Assembly: GCA_963719315.1 (NCBI GenBank)
Contig: CAVRBU010000002.1
Span: forward strand, 544,001-608,000
Length of the DNA stretch: 64,000 nt
Reading direction: 5' to 3'
Source of the DNA: an uncultured Planctomycetota bacterium
GTDB taxonomy: Bacteria > Planctomycetota > Planctomycetia > Pirellulales > Lacipirellulaceae
The notes under the pieces are model-generated. The model did not search any database, had not been told where the DNA came from, and saw only the letters and a list, made by a program, of their open reading frames with translations. Below, in pieces: positions 40,419 through 50,256 of this stretch. A program made the translations under genes and the position numbers. Position 1 is the first letter of the stretch. Each line of letters begins with the position of its first letter.

Positions 40419-41292
40419 ATTCAAAATATTCGCGGTCGCGTTCTTCATAGGAATCATAGTCGAGCAAGTCGTATAGTTCCTGCCGGGTTTGCATCAAGTC
40501 GAGCAAATCTCGCTGCGTGCCTTCGGTCGAAATTATCGACAGCGCCGTCTCGGCCGCCTTCATGGCGACCCGCAAAAGCGTAACCGGATACAACACCACG
40601 CGATAGCCCATCTCCTCAAGCTCGGCGAACGTCAACAGCGGGCTCTTGCCGAACTCGGTCATGTTGGCGACGAGAGGCACATTCACGGCTTTGGCGAAAG
40701 CCTGAAACTCCTCGCGCGTCGCCAGGGCTTCTGGGAATATCCAGTCCGCACCGGCTGCCACATAGTTGCGAGCACGTTCGACGGCCGCTTCAAAGTTATC
40801 AACTCCGCGGGCATCCGTGCGGGCAACAATGATCGTGCTTTCATCCGCCCGCGCGACCGCGGCGGCCCGCACCTTGGCACACATCGCAGCCGTAGAAACC
40901 AGCGATTTGCCCGAAAGGTGCCCACAGCGTTTCGGCAACTCCTGGTCTTCCAATTGGATTGCGGCAGCGCCGGCCCGCTCCAATTCGTCGACGCTTCTCT
41001 CCACATTGGCCGTGTCGCCGAAACCCGTGTCGGCATCCACGATTACCGGTGTGACGACACGCGCCGTCAAATATTGAAGCTGCTGCACAAGCTCGGTTTG
41101 CGTGAACAGACCGATATCGGGCATGCCAATAACGCCGGCGGAAAGAGCTGCCCCCGACACGTAGATCGCAGAGAAGCCCATCTCCTCGATCAATCGGCCC
41201 ATCAGAGCATTTGGCGCACCCGGCACTTGGATCGCGCCGGAGGACACCGTCTCGCGAAGAATCTGGCCTGGAGTCGGCAGCGATTGCGGCAT
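40417..41292 (-). CDS. prpB: Methylisocitrate lyase
   Basis: YVSGA, PDIGL, VDADTGFG, EDQELPKRCGHL, ARTDA, ANMTEFGKSP, MQTRQELY. Confidence 0.92.
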   Translation of the reverse strand: MPQSLPTPGQILRETVSSGAIQVPGAPNALMGRLIEEMGFSAIYVSGAALSAGVIGMPDIGLFTQTELVQQLQYLTARVVTPVIVDADTGFGDTANVERSVDELERAGAAAIQLEDQELPKRCGHLSGKSLVSTAAMCAKVRAAAVARADESTIIVARTDARGVDNFEAAVERARNYVAAGADWIFPEALATREEFQAFAKAVNVPLVANMTEFGKSPLLTFAELEEMGYRVVLYPVTLLRVAMKAAETALSIISTEGTQRDLLDLMQTRQELYDLLDYDSYEERDREYFE

Positions 41293-41450
41293 GTTACTCG
41301 AATGATGCAAATGTAAAACAATTCAGTCCGTCAGCGTCGATGATACGCGGTTCAAGTACGCAGCATCAAGGCTGCCCCGCCGATTCGACTGTTCGGTTGA
41401 TCGGAATCCGATTAGGCTGTCGAAAGAAACCTCACGCGAGACGCATTCCC

Positions 41451-43106
41451 ATGGCAGCCGCCGCGACCGACGAAACCGCAATGCCGAATGGGCGGCAATC
41501 GCCGTGGCAGCGTGCGGTGGAAGTGCTGCTGATCGTCGCAGTCTTCTTCATCGCCACGGGCGATCTGCCGCCCAACGTCAATGAATCGCACTACTTATGC
41601 CGGCTCAAGCACTTTTGGGATCCGGCGTGGTGCACGGGCGATCTGTTTTTGAATTCGACCGACACGCAGGTCGTTTTCATTTGGCTGCTCGGTTGGATTA
41701 CGCGGTTTGTTTCACTCACGGCCACGGCGTGGATCGGCCGCGTCGTGGCCTGGACGCTTTTGGCCTGGACCTGGCAACGACTGAGCTGGCGCATCATCCC
41801 TCGGCCGCTGGCGGCCGTACTTTCGGCCGCGCTATTCGTCGCACTGAATGCCTACGGGAACATGGCGGGTGAATGGATCGTCGGCGGCGTGGAAGCCAAG
41901 TGCTTCGCCTACGCGTTTGTATTGCTGGCACTGCGTAATCTCCTCGATAGGCGGTGGAATTTCGTGTGGGTGCATTTGGGAATCGCCACGGCGTTTCATC
42001 CGATCGTGGGCGGGTGGAGTGGAATTGTGTGCGTCGGCATCTGGCTGATCGATGCGCGTGGGTGGCACGAACTGCGGCAAATGTTGCCAGGGTTTGCGCT
42101 CGGAGGATCGGTGGCGCTCCTCGGCATCGTGCCGGCTCTCACGCTCACGTGGGGCGTGCCCGCCGAGACCGTGGCCGAGTCGAGCCGCACCTATGTTTTC
42201 GATCGGTTGCCCCACCACTTGGCCCCGCTAACGCTACCACAGCCGGAAGCCACAAGACGGCTGGTTGGTCACGCCATATTGTTGACTGTGCTCTACATAG
42301 TTTCACGCGCGCTGGGTGCCACTGGCTCTGCCAGAGTTTCGCGATCACACAATCGTGCACCGGCAAAGCCAATGGCGCCAAGGCGGGAAGCAGCGAGCTA
42401 CATTTTGCAATTTGCTTGCGGCGCGGTGCTTTTGGCCGTCGTGGGGTTCGCGATCGAACTAGTTCTATACAATCAACCGCTGCTGGCCGCGAAGTTGCTG
42501 CGCTACTACTGGTTCCGTCTTACCGATTTCGCGGCGGCGATGGCCGTAGCGCTCTATATTACCGCACTCGTCACGGCCGGATTCGAAAAGCGTCGGGCGT
42601 GGGCGACGCCGCTGTTGCTCGTGGCGATTTGCTTCGCCGGCTGGTTTCTCGGAAGTACGAGTTGGGCACGGCTACAAAACCCGATTCCACCCGCGGACAA
42701 CAAAATCGTCGATTACTCGGCCTGGGTCGAAGTTTGCGACTGGGTGGCCGCCAACACGCCGCCGAATGCCTTGTTTATCACGCCCCGTTTGAACTGCTCG
42801 TTCAAGTGGCGGACGGGCCGGCCGGAGGTGGCCAACCGCAAGGACATTCCGCAGGATGCGGCCGGCATCGTCGAATGGAGCAAACGACTGAAAGATCTTT
42901 TCGCTACGCAATTGGGAGGCGAGGAGTTTTCGGTTGATTCCGTCGGTGCGCTCGGCACGGAGCGCGTCAAGGAATTGGCCAACAAGTATCACGCTCAATA
43001 CGTGCTCTCCGATCGCGCGCAGTTGCTCAAGCTGCCGATCGCGTTTTGGAACCGGGAATATGTCGTCTATCGAATCGAAAATCGAAAGCCTGACAACGGC
43101 CGATGA
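41451..43106 (+). CDS. Polytopic membrane protein (DUF6798-like, possibly GT-C-like)
   Basis: PPNVNESHYL, GEWIVGGVEAK, RLPHHL, YYWFRLTD, KDIPQD; many TM segments plus a soluble C-terminal domain. Confidence 0.7.
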   Translation: MAAAATDETAMPNGRQSPWQRAVEVLLIVAVFFIATGDLPPNVNESHYLCRLKHFWDPAWCTGDLFLNSTDTQVVFIWLLGWITRFVSLTATAWIGRVVAWTLLAWTWQRLSWRIIPRPLAAVLSAALFVALNAYGNMAGEWIVGGVEAKCFAYAFVLLALRNLLDRRWNFVWVHLGIATAFHPIVGGWSGIVCVGIWLIDARGWHELRQMLPGFALGGSVALLGIVPALTLTWGVPAETVAESSRTYVFDRLPHHLAPLTLPQPEATRRLVGHAILLTVLYIVSRALGATGSARVSRSHNRAPAKPMAPRREAASYILQFACGAVLLAVVGFAIELVLYNQPLLAAKLLRYYWFRLTDFAAAMAVALYITALVTAGFEKRRAWATPLLLVAICFAGWFLGSTSWARLQNPIPPADNKIVDYSAWVEVCDWVAANTPPNALFITPRLNCSFKWRTGRPEVANRKDIPQDAAGIVEWSKRLKDLFATQLGGEEFSVDSVGALGTERVKELANKYHAQYVLSDRAQLLKLPIAFWNREYVVYRIENRKPDNGR

Positions 43107-43724
43107 CTTGCCGCAACGGCTGGCGGAGGCGCTCAGCACCGGGCATCGCGGTCGGGTGCACGGCGGACGCTTGTCGCCACAGCTCAGCTACGGTCGGCAC
43201 GCCGGGCCCGCGCCCACACGGCGCGGGCGGCTGCGGTCCTGCTCCTGTTGTTTCGTCGCGGAGGCCGGTGGCGCTTGCCGCTCACCGAGCGTCCGGCGAC
43301 GCTCGCCCATCACGGGGGCCAATTCAGTCTCCCCGGCGGGGCCATCGATCCAGGTGAGTCGTCCTCAGCAGCCGCGCTTCGCGAGCTGCGCGAAGAATTA
43401 GGCATCGATGCAACGCTCGAGTCCTTGGGCCGACTTGCGAATTGCTACGTGTTCGCGAGTGACTTCTTAATCACCCCATGGCTCGCGGCGGCCGACTTCG
43501 AACCCGAGTGGCGGCCGCAGGTGCGGGAAGTGCAGAGCGTCGTCGAATTGCCTCTCGAAGTGCTGCTCGATGACCGCTCGATCGGCCGGTTGACGATCGA
43601 GCGCGGACCGCTCATGTTTCACGCACCGTGCATTCGGATTGGAGAGACCCGCGTTTGGGGCGCGACCAGCATCATCCTGAGCGAATTGGCGGACGTGCTG
43701 CGGTACATCGCGGAGAATACTTGA
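43090..43724 (+). CDS. NUDIX hydrolase, CoA pyrophosphatase-like; apparent frameshift near 43214, start uncertain
   Basis: HGGQFSLPGG..GESSSAAALRELREELGI Nudix box, VWGATS; N-terminus (LSYGRHAGPAP) in the adjacent frame. Confidence 0.85.
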
Positions 43725-44402
43725 GTGATCGCCGACCGATCGAACCAGCCTGCCACGCCACTCTGCGCCGTCGTGTTCGATCTCGACGGCATTCTCGCAA
43801 ATACCGAAGATCTTTACGAAGAGGCGTGTGAAACCGTGCTGGGCCAGCGCGGCAAAACCTACGATTCGCAACTCCGCGAGCAGATGATGGGCCGGCCTGT
43901 CGCCGACGCGATTCAGATTATGATCGACGCGCACGGTTTCGTCGACCCAATCGATGCTTTGATGCTCGAATGTCGCGAAGTTCTCGACGAATTGCTGGCA
44001 ACGTCGCTCGCCCCAATGCCCGGTGTCGCCAAATTGCTCGATCGGCTGGAAGCCAAGCAATTGCCGGTCGCGGTCGCGACGAGCGCCTTGCGGGAGTACG
44101 CCGACTTTGTACTGACGCGGCTCGATCTCAGGCAACGGTTTCGCTTTATCCTCACTTCGGAAGACATTCGCCACGGCAAGCCCGATCCCGAGGTTTATCT
44201 ATTGGCGGCGCAACGACTGGATCTCGCGCCTGTGAAAATGATGGTCCTGGAGGATAGCGCGAACGGATGTCGCGCCGCCGTATCGGCCGAGGCGTTCACA
44301 GTGGCGGTGCCTAATCGTCACACCAGCAAGCACAACTTCGCTGGCGCTCGATTTATTGCGGATACGCTGGCCGACCCGCGGATTCTGGCGGCGCTCGCAT
44401 AG
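43725..44402 (+). CDS. HAD family phosphatase
   Basis: VFDLDG, VATS, GKPDPEVY, LEDSANG. Confidence 0.9.
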   Translation: MIADRSNQPATPLCAVVFDLDGILANTEDLYEEACETVLGQRGKTYDSQLREQMMGRPVADAIQIMIDAHGFVDPIDALMLECREVLDELLATSLAPMPGVAKLLDRLEAKQLPVAVATSALREYADFVLTRLDLRQRFRFILTSEDIRHGKPDPEVYLLAAQRLDLAPVKMMVLEDSANGCRAAVSAEAFTVAVPNRHTSKHNFAGARFIADTLADPRILAALA

Positions 44403-44590
44403 CTCCGCGATCGGTGGTTGCTGCTTTCTGGTGGCGCTGCTAGCTGCCGTAGAGTGCTCGCAGTTGCCACGATTTCTCTAATCGCGTGGGACGAAGTTGG
44501 CCGATATTGTGAGTTACACGCTACCGCGCTCGGCCGCGACGATCAGTCGGATGCGCCACCGACCGCCTCATCACGCATAAGGACGCCGGC

Positions 44591-44890
44591 ATGTTCCGTT
44601 CTTGCCTGCTGCTGTTCGGATTGACGCTCAGCACGCTGCTGTTCGCCAACGGCTGCCAAAGCTGTTCGAGCTGTCACGACTACGACCCGCCCGTGCCGAA
44701 TTGCCACTGCGGGCACTGTCCTCAATGCGGTTGCAACAGCGGCTGCACGAGCGGCTGCGGCAGTTGCGGCTGCAATGGAAGCTCAAGCACGAGCGGCGGT
44801 TACATGCAGCCGGGCGAAACCGTGGAAGCGCCGGTTGAAGGGCAAGTCATTTCGCCGAACGGCAACGCCCAGCCGACCAACGCACGCTAA
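44591..44890 (+). CDS. Small Cys-rich putative lipoprotein
   Basis: Signal peptide ending LFANG-C, then a Cys/Gly-rich stretch. Confidence 0.7.
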   Translation: MFRSCLLLFGLTLSTLLFANGCQSCSSCHDYDPPVPNCHCGHCPQCGCNSGCTSGCGSCGCNGSSSTSGGYMQPGETVEAPVEGQVISPNGNAQPTNAR

Positions 44891-44951
44891 TAGCTGAATT
44901 TGCAAGAAATTCAGGTGCGGCTAATGTGCGGCTGAACGCTTGCGAGTTCAG

Positions 44952-46232
44952 CTACATAGGTTGCGGCACCTGCGCGTGCGACTGCGAATGTTGGCGGCGA
45001 TTGAAAATCTCCGGATCGAACGGGTCGCGTGGCTGCCAGTGTTCGGGCGTTACTCCGTATCGCAAGCGATGCGGCGTGTGTAGGCTGTCCACGGAATCCC
45101 AATCGATTGCCGCTGCGGGTTGCACGGCGGCATCCTCGACGGGTTGTGCATCGACCCCGTCGATTGCCTGCGTGACTGCGGCCCGATCCGTCGCCGTCGG
45201 ACGTGTTTTCGCATGTGGCACGCGCGCGGCCCGTGCCGACGCCTTTGCCAGCGGCGCTTCCATGGGAGGTCCAGCTAACTTCTCCATGGCTGGAATGGTT
45301 GTCCCTTCGGTCTCCGGCTTGGGGGGGGCGACCAACGCGACCCAATCGGCGAGGTGCTTAAATGCCTGCTCCTGCCGCGGCCCGAAGACGGGGCCGGTCA
45401 TGCCGCCGTGCGTCTGGCGGGGCACGGTAAGGAGCAAACTGGACTCCGGATGAGCGCGATCGACTCGCGCCAATGTCGCAGTTAAGTTTTGCACCGTCGT
45501 GCGGCGGTTCGATTCGCCGCGCAATAACGCGCGGTTGAGTTGAAACGATTGCTGACCGCCCGGCTGATGGCACTTCGAGGCCGTGCAGTTATTCACCAAC
45601 ACCGGCTGCACCTTCCGCGTAAACATCTCCAATACGCCATCCGGCAGGTCGCGCAAAACCGCGCGCGGTGGCGTGGGCTGTTCCGTCGCAGGCGTTTGAC
45701 GAATTGTGGCACCAGCTTCGATTGGCTTTGGCGTCAACCGTTCTTTGGTCGCGGTCAACCGGCGCTCCAGGAGCATCAGCCTGTCCGGCCCCGCGCCGAG
45801 TTGCCGCGCAGTTTCCAATTCGCTGGCGGCGTCATCCGCGAGACTGTATCGCAAACACCATTCGGCCAAGCTGAGATGGGCGTCGGCCGTGGTTTGCGTG
45901 ACGTGTTGGCGGCGATATTCGTAGGCTTCATGTAGGGAGCGGCCCGCGAAGAGAACGCGCGAGGCCGCGATTTGCATTTGCCCGCCAGAGCGTCCGACAA
46001 TGTACCAGTCCGCGGCCCGCGTGATTTGTCCTTCGATCACACCGCCATCTTGAAGCATGACGACGCCCGCGAACGGCATCGTAGCCGCGGCCGGCTCGGT
46101 TGCTACCTCCACGGCGTGCGAACCGCCTGGCGCCGTACGCGAATTCTCTTGAGCGGCAAGGCGCGGGCCGCACGCAATTATCGCAAAAACCGACCCGAAA
46201 ATCATCGCGTTGTGGCAATCAATTCGGCGCAT
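44952..46232 (-). CDS. Exported hypothetical protein with a CX4CH motif (start uncertain)
   Basis: Signal-like N-terminus, HLSLAEWC, FTRKVQPVLVNNCTASKCH, THGG, C-terminal DPFDPEIFNR. Confidence 0.7.
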   Translation of the reverse strand: MRRIDCHNAMIFGSVFAIIACGPRLAAQENSRTAPGGSHAVEVATEPAAATMPFAGVVMLQDGGVIEGQITRAADWYIVGRSGGQMQIAASRVLFAGRSLHEAYEYRRQHVTQTTADAHLSLAEWCLRYSLADDAASELETARQLGAGPDRLMLLERRLTATKERLTPKPIEAGATIRQTPATEQPTPPRAVLRDLPDGVLEMFTRKVQPVLVNNCTASKCHQPGGQQSFQLNRALLRGESNRRTTVQNLTATLARVDRAHPESSLLLTVPRQTHGGMTGPVFGPRQEQAFKHLADWVALVAPPKPETEGTTIPAMEKLAGPPMEAPLAKASARAARVPHAKTRPTATDRAAVTQAIDGVDAQPVEDAAVQPAAAIDWDSVDSLHTPHRLRYGVTPEHWQPRDPFDPEIFNRRQHSQSHAQVPQPM

Positions 46233-46296
46233 CGCGGCGGAGGGTAGAGAAAGCGCCGACAAGGGTCAAGGCTGGCAATGCCAGCAGGCCGCCGAT

Positions 46297-48025
46297 GGGT
46301 GCAGGAACGCTAATTGGTCAAGTATCGAGCTAGCGGGAGTCGTGCTGGCAGAATTGGGGGGTGGTTGGTACGCTGTCGGCGGAGGGAGAGAGTTTCGGAC
46401 GAGCGAACCCAAGCCGATTGGAGAGCACGATGACCAAGGAAGGATTTTCAGCGGACCCAGGATGGTCGGTTGCGGTACGGCGGAAGTTGCAAGAGTTGGC
46501 GGAGTTGATTTCGCACGAGCGGTTTGGCGAGGCAGGGATCCCCAAGGAGATTACGTTTTCAGAAATCGAGGAGATCGGTCATCAGGTGGGGCGACTAGCA
46601 GCCGGTACGATCGATCAGACGCTACAGCTTCGACATGCCGAGCACCTGACGGGAGTGGAGCCTTGTCCTGAATGTGGTCGCGATTGCCGAGTCGAGCGGC
46701 GCGAGCGAACGTTGCAAACGCGCGACGGCACGGTCGCATTGGACGAACCCGTTTGTCACTGTGGCGCCTGTGAGCGCGATTTTTCCCCCTCAGCGTCCCC
46801 TGCTGAAACTCGACGGGCGTGCGTATAGCCCGCTGGTGCTGGAGCGGATTGTCTCGGCGGGCGGCTTGACGAAGTCGTTCGTGGTGTCCGCGAAGCTGCT
46901 GAAGCTGATCGGAGAGATCAACGTCTCAAGTCGTCAGGTCAACAACCTGACGGTGATGGTAGGCGAAGAACTGGCGCGTGACCGCGATCGGCAGACCGCG
47001 GCGTACGCCGATCAGGCGTTGCCACGAACCGCTACGCGTGTGGAACCCGTGCCGCAATTGGCCGCGTCGAGGTGGATGGCGGGCGGATGCAGACCCGCAC
47101 GCCCGGCGAGGGGCCGGGTGTCCATGAGGCCCACTGGCGAGAGACGAAAACGGCCGGTTTTTTCCGCATGAAAACGGCTTCGCACGCGGCCGACCCGCAC
47201 CCGGCCTTGCCACGTTGTTTCGCCAGCCGCCGCAAGATGCAAGGGTTGCTTCCTGGCGTGGGGGAGGAGCTGGCGGCAGGAGAGCCCGTCACCGACCATG
47301 ACCCGAACTGGCGCCCGAAGGTGCTGTTCCGCACCTGCTCGGCATCCCTGGAAACGAGTGAACGCTTCGGCCAGATGATGGCCGCCGAGGCCGATACGCG
47401 GGGATTCTTTGCCGCCCACAGGCGCGCGTTCTTAGGGGACGGCCTGCCCTACAACTGGTCGATTCATCGTCGACACTTTCCGACGTTTGAGCCGATCGTT
47501 GACTTCGTGCATCCGCTGGAGCGATTATACGCGGCGGCGCGGGCGGCGCATGAGGAGAACGACTCGGCCTGGTCACAGTACGTCGCTTGGGCCGGCGCCG
47601 TGTGGCAAGGACGGATCAGCGAAGTGATTCAAGAGCTTGCCGGCTACAGCCAGTCCTGGGGCCCGCCTCCCAAGGACGCCGACGAGTCGGACCCCCGCCG
47701 CGTGTTGGCCGAGTCGCTTACCTACTTGCGAAACAACCAGTCTCGCATGGACTACCCCCGCTACCGTCGTCAGGGTCTGCCGGTCACCAGCGCGCTGATT
47801 GAGTCGCTGGTCAAAGAAATGAACTACCGCGTGAAAGGGACCGAAAAGTTCTGGAACGACGGCCTCCCTGGCGAAGCGATCCTGCAAGTCCGAGCCGCCC
47901 TCTTGAGCGACGACGACCGCCTCGCCGCCCATATCCGCCAAAGACCTGGCCGGCCCTTTGCACGAACCTCGAGAAAAACCCCGCTAGCAACCGCCGCCTA
48001 AAAACCGATTAGCGTTCCTGCACCC
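46297..48025 (+). mobile_element. Complete ISKra4-family insertion sequence (1729 bp)
   Basis: 22-bp terminal IRs GGGTGCAGGAACGCTAAT(T/C)GGT; 9-bp target duplication GCCGCCGAT at 46288-46296 and 48026-48034. Confidence 0.92.
46430..48001 (+). CDS. ISKra4-family DDE transposase spread over three reading frames
   Basis: Zn-finger CPEC..CGAC segment; slippery TTTTTCCCCC at 46780-46789; VEVDGG, LGDG, VDFVH, RMDYPRYRRQGLPVTSALIES; second break near 47065. Confidence 0.85.
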
Positions 48026-48145
48026 GCCGCCGATATACTTCCGGATGCCTGCGTTTCGTCGTTGGCTGGGTAACGGAATTCGCCAGAATTCCGTTCTATT
48101 CCAGTCCGGCCCGAAGTCTTGCGACTTCCGCTGTAGCTTTTGGGT

Positions 48146-48430
48146 ATGTCAGCCAGTACGCCACAACGCTCGACGGTGTATTTTTCGGGGCATGTGCAGG
48201 GCATCGGCTTTCGCTATACGACTCGCTCGATCGCCCAGCACTACCCGGTGACGGGCTACGTCCGCAACCTGCCCGATCGCCGTGTGGAGCTGGTCGCGGA
48301 GGGCGAGCCGCGAGAAGTTGACGCATTTCTGAGCGAGGTCCGCGAACGCTTTTTCAACCATATTCGCGACGACCGCTCCGACGTCGGGCCGGCCACCGGC
48401 GAATACCAGGGGTTTGAAATACTGCATTGA
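48146..48430 (+). CDS. acyP: Acylphosphatase
   Basis: GHVQGIGFR, GYVRNLPD..VE. Confidence 0.92.
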   Translation: MSASTPQRSTVYFSGHVQGIGFRYTTRSIAQHYPVTGYVRNLPDRRVELVAEGEPREVDAFLSEVRERFFNHIRDDRSDVGPATGEYQGFEILH

Positions 48431-48479
48431 AGCCTGCTATCCACTCGAACTAGCTCAAGGCCAATCAGTTTTTCAAAAT

Positions 48480-48513
48480 GTAGGGTGGGTCGAGTCTGCG
48501 AGACCCACCCTAC
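48480..48513. repeat. GTAG-type REP palindrome
   Basis: GTAGGGTGGGTC...GACCCACCCTAC. Confidence 0.75.
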
Positions 48514-48641
48514 AAGCACCGTAGCTTGAAACATTGATTGGCCCTGCGATCTAGCCGCCAGCCCTTGATCGTGGGACCGGCAGAAGTTCTTATGGTTATT
48601 GGGCAATGTTTAAGACTGTTTATCCCCGCGGTTGATTCGAC

Positions 48642-50105
48642 ATGGGAAATCTGACGATTTGGCTGACTCCGATTTGGATTCTGTCGCTCGGTGTAACCGC
48701 GGCGGCGGCCGTGCTGCTGGTCTTGTACGCACTCACGTGGCTGCTTTCGCGACCCACGGCCGAATCGGCGGTGCGCTTGGTGCGCGAAAGCGTTCTGCAG
48801 CCGATCTCCTACATGGTTTTGGTGATGGTCGGGTTCAGCGTGCTGGCGGCCGCCGTCATGCCGGTACGGCAAGTGTTCAATTCACTCAAACGGTTGCCGC
48901 AAGTCGGAGTCTACACGACCAAGATCGAGGTCCCCGCTCATAAGGACGACCTCGAACTTCCGTTGAGGTTCGATTCCGACGAATTGCAATCGTACTCGTT
49001 CACGAGCGACCAGGATCTCGTCGTCGGCGTAGAAAAGGGCAAGGCTTACTCGAACCCTCTCATCCTCGTCGAAGGTGGAGAGCCCTTTGAATGGTCGCCT
49101 AGCAGCAAACGACAACGCTTGTTCGCCGGCCCTGTTGAAAAGGTGTTCGTCACCAACCAGAGCGATGCGCCGGCAGAATTGAATGTGACGGTCCGGACCG
49201 ATGTGCCGCTCGTGGAAGTGCGGCAGATTCCGATCGCGGCCGCCACGATCCTCTCCATCTTCGCCGTGTATTTCCTGCTGCATTGGCTGTTGCCCGGCGT
49301 ATCTACCATTGCCTTGGCCACGGCCAAAGAAGCCGTCGCGCAACCGCTCTACATCCTGGCCCTGGCGATCGGGGCCTGCTTGCTCGTGCTGTACATCTAC
49401 ATTCCGTACAACACGTTCGGCGAAGACGTGAAGATGTACAAAGACTCCAGTCTGATGACGATCATGGTGCTGGCGATTTTGGTTTCCGTATGGACGGCCA
49501 GCGTTTCAGTGGCCGACGAAATCGAAGGCCGCACCGCGCTGACCCTCCTTTCGAAGCCCATCAGCCGGCGGCAATTCGTGATCGGCAAATTCCTGGGGAT
49601 CGTGTGGGCAAACCTCTTGATGTTCGTACTCCTGGGCGCCTGGATGCTGATCATGGTCTCGTACAAGGTCGTGTACGACGCCCGCGAAACATCGAACCCA
49701 GAGCCGAGCTGGCAGCTTTGCAACGCCGAAATGATCGGTATTGTGCCGGGGCTCGTGCTCTCGTTCATGGAATCGGTGGTGCTGACGGCCATCAGCGTCG
49801 CAATTTCCACCCGCCTGGCAATGCTGCCGAACCTCGTGATTTGCGGCTCGATCTACGTGCTCGGCCACCTGGGCCCGTTAATCGCCCAATCCGCTGTCGG
49901 CCAGAATGAGTTCGTCGCGTTCTTCGGCCAACTCATCGCGCTGTTGCTACCGGTGCTTGACCATTTCAATGTGCAAGCCGCCGTCGCCGGCGGTGTGCCG
50001 GTGCCGCTCGACTATCTAGCGTGGGCGGCGGTGTACTGCATTCTGTACTCGGCCGTCGCGATGCTGCTGGCGCTGATTTTGTTTGAAGATCGCGATCTGG
50101 CGTGA
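48642..50105 (+). CDS. ABC-2 type transporter permease with an N-terminal extracytoplasmic insert
   Basis: DEIEGRTALTLLSKPISRRQFVIGKFLG, C-terminal FEDRDLA. Confidence 0.85.
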   Translation: MGNLTIWLTPIWILSLGVTAAAAVLLVLYALTWLLSRPTAESAVRLVRESVLQPISYMVLVMVGFSVLAAAVMPVRQVFNSLKRLPQVGVYTTKIEVPAHKDDLELPLRFDSDELQSYSFTSDQDLVVGVEKGKAYSNPLILVEGGEPFEWSPSSKRQRLFAGPVEKVFVTNQSDAPAELNVTVRTDVPLVEVRQIPIAAATILSIFAVYFLLHWLLPGVSTIALATAKEAVAQPLYILALAIGACLLVLYIYIPYNTFGEDVKMYKDSSLMTIMVLAILVSVWTASVSVADEIEGRTALTLLSKPISRRQFVIGKFLGIVWANLLMFVLLGAWMLIMVSYKVVYDARETSNPEPSWQLCNAEMIGIVPGLVLSFMESVVLTAISVAISTRLAMLPNLVICGSIYVLGHLGPLIAQSAVGQNEFVAFFGQLIALLLPVLDHFNVQAAVAGGVPVPLDYLAWAAVYCILYSAVAMLLALILFEDRDLA

Positions 50106-50150
50106 GTACCATCGCTGGCCAGGCGCTCGGCGAGATAATTCATTCTTTTG

Positions 50151-50206
50151 GGAACGCTAATCTGCACTAATCCTAATTAGTGATGATTAGTGCAGATTAG
50201 CGTTCC
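50151..50206. repeat. Perfect 22-bp periodic hairpin
   Basis: GGAACGCTAATCTGCACTAATC / GATTAGTGCAGATTAGCGTTCC between convergent genes. Confidence 0.75.
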
Positions 50207-50256
50207 TCCTTAGAATTTACCTTCTCTTAATTTAACTGCAAACGCGACTCGGACGT

